Shown here piece after piece: positions 60,022 through 64,000 of a stretch of DNA of 64,000 bases; the stretch's first letter is position 1; every line of letters starts with the position of its first letter. The translations under genes were made by a program, and so were the position numbers. Source of the stretch: a virus (taxonomy: Duplodnaviria > Caudoviricetes); IMG/VR virus record IMGVR_UViG_3300043077_000092, one strand, 5' to 3'. The notes under the pieces were generated by a model that did not search any database, had not been told where the DNA came from, and saw nothing but the letters and a program-made list of their open reading frames with translations.

Positions 60022-60273
60022 TTACATAAATACGAGCATATCTGCTCTACATGTAACGGATACATCAAACTTGTCCCGTACAACCTGAGCAATCTTCTCA
60101 TTCATATAATCGTCACGACTTTTCTTAACGATAACCGACTGTGGTGTATGGATAATACAACTGATGTCAAGATTCAGTGGTTCTGATCTTAATGTATCGG
60201 TGATATCTCCCACAGAAAACGGCAGTTTCTCTGATTTCTCTGTAACGTCGTATACAGAATGTAAGTTATTCAT
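60022..60273 (-). CDS. Small hypothetical protein
   Basis: 83 aa; RBS GGAGG. Confidence 0.6.
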   Translation of the reverse strand: MNNLHSVYDVTEKSEKLPFSVGDITDTLRSEPLNLDISCIIHTPQSVIVKKSRDDYMNEKIAQVVRDKFDVSVTCRADMLVFM

Positions 60274-60290
60274 ACTGATTATTCCTCCAA

Positions 60291-60968
60291 TTAAATAATA
60301 TAACCCAAATCCTTTAGGGTCTTCTCATTTTCCTGAAACGATTTTCTTTTTTCTACTGAGCGTTTATTATATTTGCAATCATATTGCCTCATGAATCTAA
60401 CTGTAACCTCTATACGAGGTAAAACTGAATAAAACTTTTGAACACAACCCCGAAATACTAAGCTATCATTACTCACCAATACTTCCTGAACCATATCACT
60501 ATAAGTCTTACCCAAATTATCCCAATCTGGAGCGTTGATATTGTGTACAACCCCTAATTCGGCTGCCACCTTTTCTTCAATAGACATTCCAGCAGGAGTT
60601 TGGATATAAACTTGTGTATCCATAGAACATGGTGTTGATATTACGCATTCCATTTCAGAATGTTGTTCTACAAAGTTTCTGAATATATCCTGATTCATCT
60701 TTGCACCGCTAACGTAGAAGTGATACGTATTCGGAGCAACCCTTGGTCTTGGTGTAGGTTTTGGTGTCATATAAAAAATGTACTTTACTTCATTCCAATC
60801 AGCATTCGCTAATTGGTCAAGTTTTTCTAGCAAGTCTGCTAAGTGTTTTTGTTGGAAACCAACGTCTTGGTAAAGCCATGCCAAGCGTTCCATATAATCC
60901 TTTGGGATATTACCATACTGCTCATGATAATCAAACGCTTCCTGCATGGCACTCTTTTTCTTTGCCAC
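60291..60968 (-). CDS. rusA: RusA-like Holliday junction resolvase
   Basis: PKPTPRPR...PDWDNLGKTYSD...NDSLV...KFYS..PRIEV. Confidence 0.85.
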   Translation of the reverse strand: MAKKKSAMQEAFDYHEQYGNIPKDYMERLAWLYQDVGFQQKHLADLLEKLDQLANADWNEVKYIFYMTPKPTPRPRVAPNTYHFYVSGAKMNQDIFRNFVEQHSEMECVISTPCSMDTQVYIQTPAGMSIEEKVAAELGVVHNINAPDWDNLGKTYSDMVQEVLVSNDSLVFRGCVQKFYSVLPRIEVTVRFMRQYDCKYNKRSVEKRKSFQENEKTLKDLGYII

Positions 60969-60985
60969 TACAATTGCCTCCTTAA

Positions 60986-61483
60986 TTATCGTCTACGGTC
61001 ACCAACGATATTATCATATACCCACCCTATAACTTCAGGACGTCTCTCCTTTAAGAGTTTTAGTTGTTCTAAGACTGTATCGCACTTATCGATGACATGA
61101 TCCCAGTTAATGTAAATTTCCGTATACCACATCTTATCGTCGGTACTAACTTCCTGTAGACTTTCTTTCGTGTAATCAAACAAATCTCTGTCAAATGTGC
61201 ACTCTATAATGTATGTGAACCCAGATATCATAGTTTCAACATCATGACAATGCTGTCCCCTTACGCCATCTGTAACAAAGATTGTATTCCAATGAGCCTG
61301 TTTAAATAAGGTTCTTGTATTTTTAGTTGGTAGTACATCCAAGTCCTGTGAACATGAGAGATGGTTCACTGCATTTTTCAGTCGTTGATGACAGTCCTGA
61401 TACTCGGGTGAATTAATTACACTGAGTAGATGCTCAATCTTTCTACGATCTTCTCTATCTTTTTCTATTTCTTCGTTTGTCAT
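60986..61483 (-). CDS. Hypothetical protein
   Basis: RBS GGAGGG before MTNEE. Confidence 0.6.
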   Translation of the reverse strand: MTNEEIEKDREDRRKIEHLLSVINSPEYQDCHQRLKNAVNHLSCSQDLDVLPTKNTRTLFKQAHWNTIFVTDGVRGQHCHDVETMISGFTYIIECTFDRDLFDYTKESLQEVSTDDKMWYTEIYINWDHVIDKCDTVLEQLKLLKERRPEVIGWVYDNIVGDRRR

Positions 61484-61495
61484 ATTTCCCTCCAA

Positions 61496-61978
61496 TTATA
61501 TAATGTCGCATATATCGGTACCATTTTCAACGAGGTCTACTTTATCTCTCCATATATCGAGATAGTATTCGGTACTATGAATCGTTTCTTTCATATTGAT
61601 AATCTGTCTAACGATTTCATCATACCGCTCGTCAATAAATGGAATATCTACTAATAAACCGTAATTCCATTCATTCTTAGGACCCGATCTATCCGCTAAG
61701 ATGACGTATGATGCACCACGGATACCGACATTATATTCTAACAAGGTTGATTCAGTCTTTGGATAATATACTTTCCCTGCATAGAAATTAACGGTACCGT
61801 CTGTACGAAATACATCATTGGTATCAAGTGTAAATTCTGAATTGCATGAACTGGCTAAGTCAGGATCTCCTTTAAACAACTGAATCGTATTAAAGTACTT
61901 TTCATGTCGTAATTTGTCAATCTTTTCTCTCTGACTATCAGTAAGTGTATCGTATAGTGGAAAATTTGGATCAAACAT
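61496..61978 (-). CDS. Hypothetical protein
   Basis: 160 aa; RBS GAGGTGG. Confidence 0.65.
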   Translation of the reverse strand: MFDPNFPLYDTLTDSQREKIDKLRHEKYFNTIQLFKGDPDLASSCNSEFTLDTNDVFRTDGTVNFYAGKVYYPKTESTLLEYNVGIRGASYVILADRSGPKNEWNYGLLVDIPFIDERYDEIVRQIINMKETIHSTEYYLDIWRDKVDLVENGTDICDII

Positions 61979-61996
61979 TAATTACCACCTCTCTTA

Positions 61997-63517
61997 TCAA
62001 TTTATTACATTGAATAACCCCTGTATCTTACTCTTAAAGTACTGCTGAATATCGTATGGTTTTGATGTAAATCTGTCAGTAAAGTTATTCGACAAAACAG
62101 TTGCCCAAATCTTCATTCTATCTGAGATATTTTGTCTTGTAATATCAACTCCGCAGTTTACCATAAGAAACTCAAGCATACCTGTACTAAGAAACGTAGC
62201 AGGTTTTTCGTAAGGTTCTACAGGGATAGACAATGTTGAATATAAGTCTTTTACAGATAAGCTTACCTTAACCTCATTTGGTAACCCACCTACATTCCAA
62301 GAACTATCAGCACCTTTATCAATACTAACGCTATCGATAATACCGAGGTTACAGTTAAACCAACCCGGTGAATAGCATTTAACAAGATAAGGTGATTTGT
62401 AAGTGTTTGCAGATAACTGCTGAGGTAAGCATAATCCTAAAATGTGCATAAGTGGAACCCCAATGTTGAGGAACCACGCCTCAGGACAACCATATGGAGT
62501 TGATAGTGTAATTGAGAATGAATAGTTCTTACTGTATTCTGAAGATGACCATATCTCAGGAATTAAGAAATTACCACCACTGATAATGGATTTTGTTGCA
62601 CCAGATATTCTGCTAAGCATTGTTGCTATTGCACCATCACCGGTTGCATATTCTTGAATATAACTATCTACAGAAGAAGCGGAACTACTTGCCAATTCCT
62701 GCACATCAACACCAGTCATCCCTGATATTGTATCAAGCTCTTTTGCAACCCCTTCCAGTTTCTCTGTATAACTTTCAAGTATAGAAGTGGTTGTAGAGTT
62801 AGAGTTTGATTCTCCAAAGGAAGTGTTACTGTCTACATAAAAACGAACCCATTCATTATCTTCCATAAGTGATTTACCTGCGGAAGTCATGGCATTCTTT
62901 ATAAATGCTCCGACCGAGCCACTTCCTGATTTTGTATTAAACGTAACGTCATTAAACTGGTTTTTCAGTGTATAATAACGCCAATCATATTTACCAAAAG
63001 TAACGTTACCTTTTGCCCATGGAACTTTCGTATCAGATATTCCTAAGAATACTGCCATAAGCTTACAAAGGACATTTACCTTTGCCATCATTTCACTGTA
63101 ACATGATTTATGCTGATAATAAAGAAGTGTATCTTCATTATCAGAGCTAATGTTTGAAAATACACTACTGAGTGAACCATTGGAATTGACCGCATCCAAT
63201 ACACCATTTAAGAAACTATTCTTCTGAGAATCTGACATTCCGGGAAGAAAGTCTGCAACACCGGGTTTTAGAGCTACAATCGGTGCTTCCATAACAATCC
63301 TCTCAGCAAAGCATCTTCCCAAATTTGATTTATCTCCAATTCTAGGGTCATTATGAGCAATAAACTGATGGGGCATTCCAAATAAACGCATGGAGTTATC
63401 AACCTTATCTTCTAATGCTGATGTAGAATAATCTGATGTATAAATTGTATTCGTCGTTGATGACGCTGATGTACTTGATGAACTTGATGATTTCTTCGAC
63501 GTCTTTGTCGTTGCCAT
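61997..63517 (-). CDS. Tail-tube-fold baseplate protein (gp48-like)
   Basis: YSKNYSFSITL.TPYG...PYLVKC...GIIDSVSIDKG...GLPNEVKVSLSVKDL. Confidence 0.55.
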   Translation of the reverse strand: MATTKTSKKSSSSSSTSASSTTNTIYTSDYSTSALEDKVDNSMRLFGMPHQFIAHNDPRIGDKSNLGRCFAERIVMEAPIVALKPGVADFLPGMSDSQKNSFLNGVLDAVNSNGSLSSVFSNISSDNEDTLLYYQHKSCYSEMMAKVNVLCKLMAVFLGISDTKVPWAKGNVTFGKYDWRYYTLKNQFNDVTFNTKSGSGSVGAFIKNAMTSAGKSLMEDNEWVRFYVDSNTSFGESNSNSTTTSILESYTEKLEGVAKELDTISGMTGVDVQELASSSASSVDSYIQEYATGDGAIATMLSRISGATKSIISGGNFLIPEIWSSSEYSKNYSFSITLSTPYGCPEAWFLNIGVPLMHILGLCLPQQLSANTYKSPYLVKCYSPGWFNCNLGIIDSVSIDKGADSSWNVGGLPNEVKVSLSVKDLYSTLSIPVEPYEKPATFLSTGMLEFLMVNCGVDITRQNISDRMKIWATVLSNNFTDRFTSKPYDIQQYFKSKIQGLFNVIN

Positions 63518-63554
63518 AGAGCATTCACCCCTTTCCATTTTAATTAACAAAGAG

Positions 63555-63585
63555 CAGAGTGATAAGGTTGTTCCTTATCACTCTG
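63555..63585 (-). terminator. Intrinsic terminator
   Basis: CAGAGTGATAAGG/CCTTATCACTCTG. Confidence 0.7.
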
Positions 63586-63604
63586 TCTTAAATCACATGA
63601 TTTT

Positions 63605-64000
63605 CTAGCTGAGTAAGCCTGCGGCTACTCGCTTTGCCATTGAGTACTCTGACCTATCAGCGGTTTTATCCCTATCGGAACTATTATCGCTTTTGTCTGT
63701 TGTACCCACTAAGTTGTTTGTAGTATTCACCTGAGAGTAACTACCACCGAAGTCTTTGCTATTAAGCTCTTCCAACTCAGTATTTGTGTTTCCTGTGTTA
63801 TCAGCAATCTTAGACAGATAATCCAATGCTAATTTAATCATTTGTGACATGTCATTGGTGTTCTGAGTAGCATTGCTCTTAATCTTATCAATTGCTGATG
63901 AAGCAGACTCTCTGATAGACGATGTAACTTGAGATACTTTACTCTCTCCACGTCCACCAATTTGATTCTGTTTATTACTTAATGACTGAGAAACTCTCTT
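63605..64000 (-). CDS. C-terminus of a large protein, possibly tape-measure or tail lysin (truncated by window edge)
   Basis: Frame is open to the window end (KRVSQSLSNKQNQIGGRG...); LSKIADNT plus Ser/Thr/Asn-rich tail. Confidence 0.5.
   Translation of the reverse strand, partial: KRVSQSLSNKQNQIGGRGESKVSQVTSSIRESASSAIDKIKSNATQNTNDMSQMIKLALDYLSKIADNTGNTNTELEELNSKDFGGSYSQVNTTNNLVGTTDKSDNSSDRDKTADRSEYSMAKRVAAGLLS

Noticed and set aside
1-64000. CRISPR arrays, tRNA genes, IS elements
   Set aside because: No regularly spaced repeats, cloverleaf with T-loop, or transposase motifs seen by eye; tRNAscan-SE was not run
1-64000. Stop-codon reassignment as in some gut jumbo phages
   Set aside because: Long genes are intact in the standard code, and TAA, TAG and TGA all terminate genes just before terminators or next starts
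1-64000. Many 60-150 aa ORFs antisense to or nested in long genes (e.g. 17..415, 9924..10361, 17596..18054, 47023..47472)
   Set aside because: Shadow ORFs without RBS that overlap well-supported genes

Overview
This window is an AT-rich, densely coding 64-kb segment of a jumbo myophage genome of the phiKZ-related / AR9-PBS1-like type. Strong AAAGGAGGT ribosome-binding sites suggest a Bacillota host (inference). It encodes three split beta'-like subunits belonging to two multisubunit phage RNA polymerases: a putative non-virion enzyme (NADFDGD) and a putative virion enzyme (GDHDGD plus a beta'-C piece). It also encodes baseplate and tail-tube-fold proteins, a family of Glu-cleaved internal head proteins, a PolB-like palm fragment, a 5'-3' exonuclease, RusA, guanylate kinase, a protein kinase, a glucosaminidase and LemA. 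Two promoter classes can be read directly from the sequence: ACA-N6-TAA (late, AR9-like) and (T/G)ATATTA (early, phiKZ-like). Main candidates for new biology: (1) two late-promoter-driven, ORF-less structured RNAs (~650 nt at 15.0-15.65 kb and ~260 nt at 5.67-5.93 kb) that could base-pair with each other; (2) a 1232-aa multi-enzyme polyprotein with head-protease-type cleavage motifs at its domain junctions; (3) a probable -1 frameshift in the tail/baseplate chaperone; (4) three tandem degenerate prohead-protease-like genes. No tRNA, CRISPR array or intron was recognised. All product calls rest on motif recognition by eye, not on database searches.
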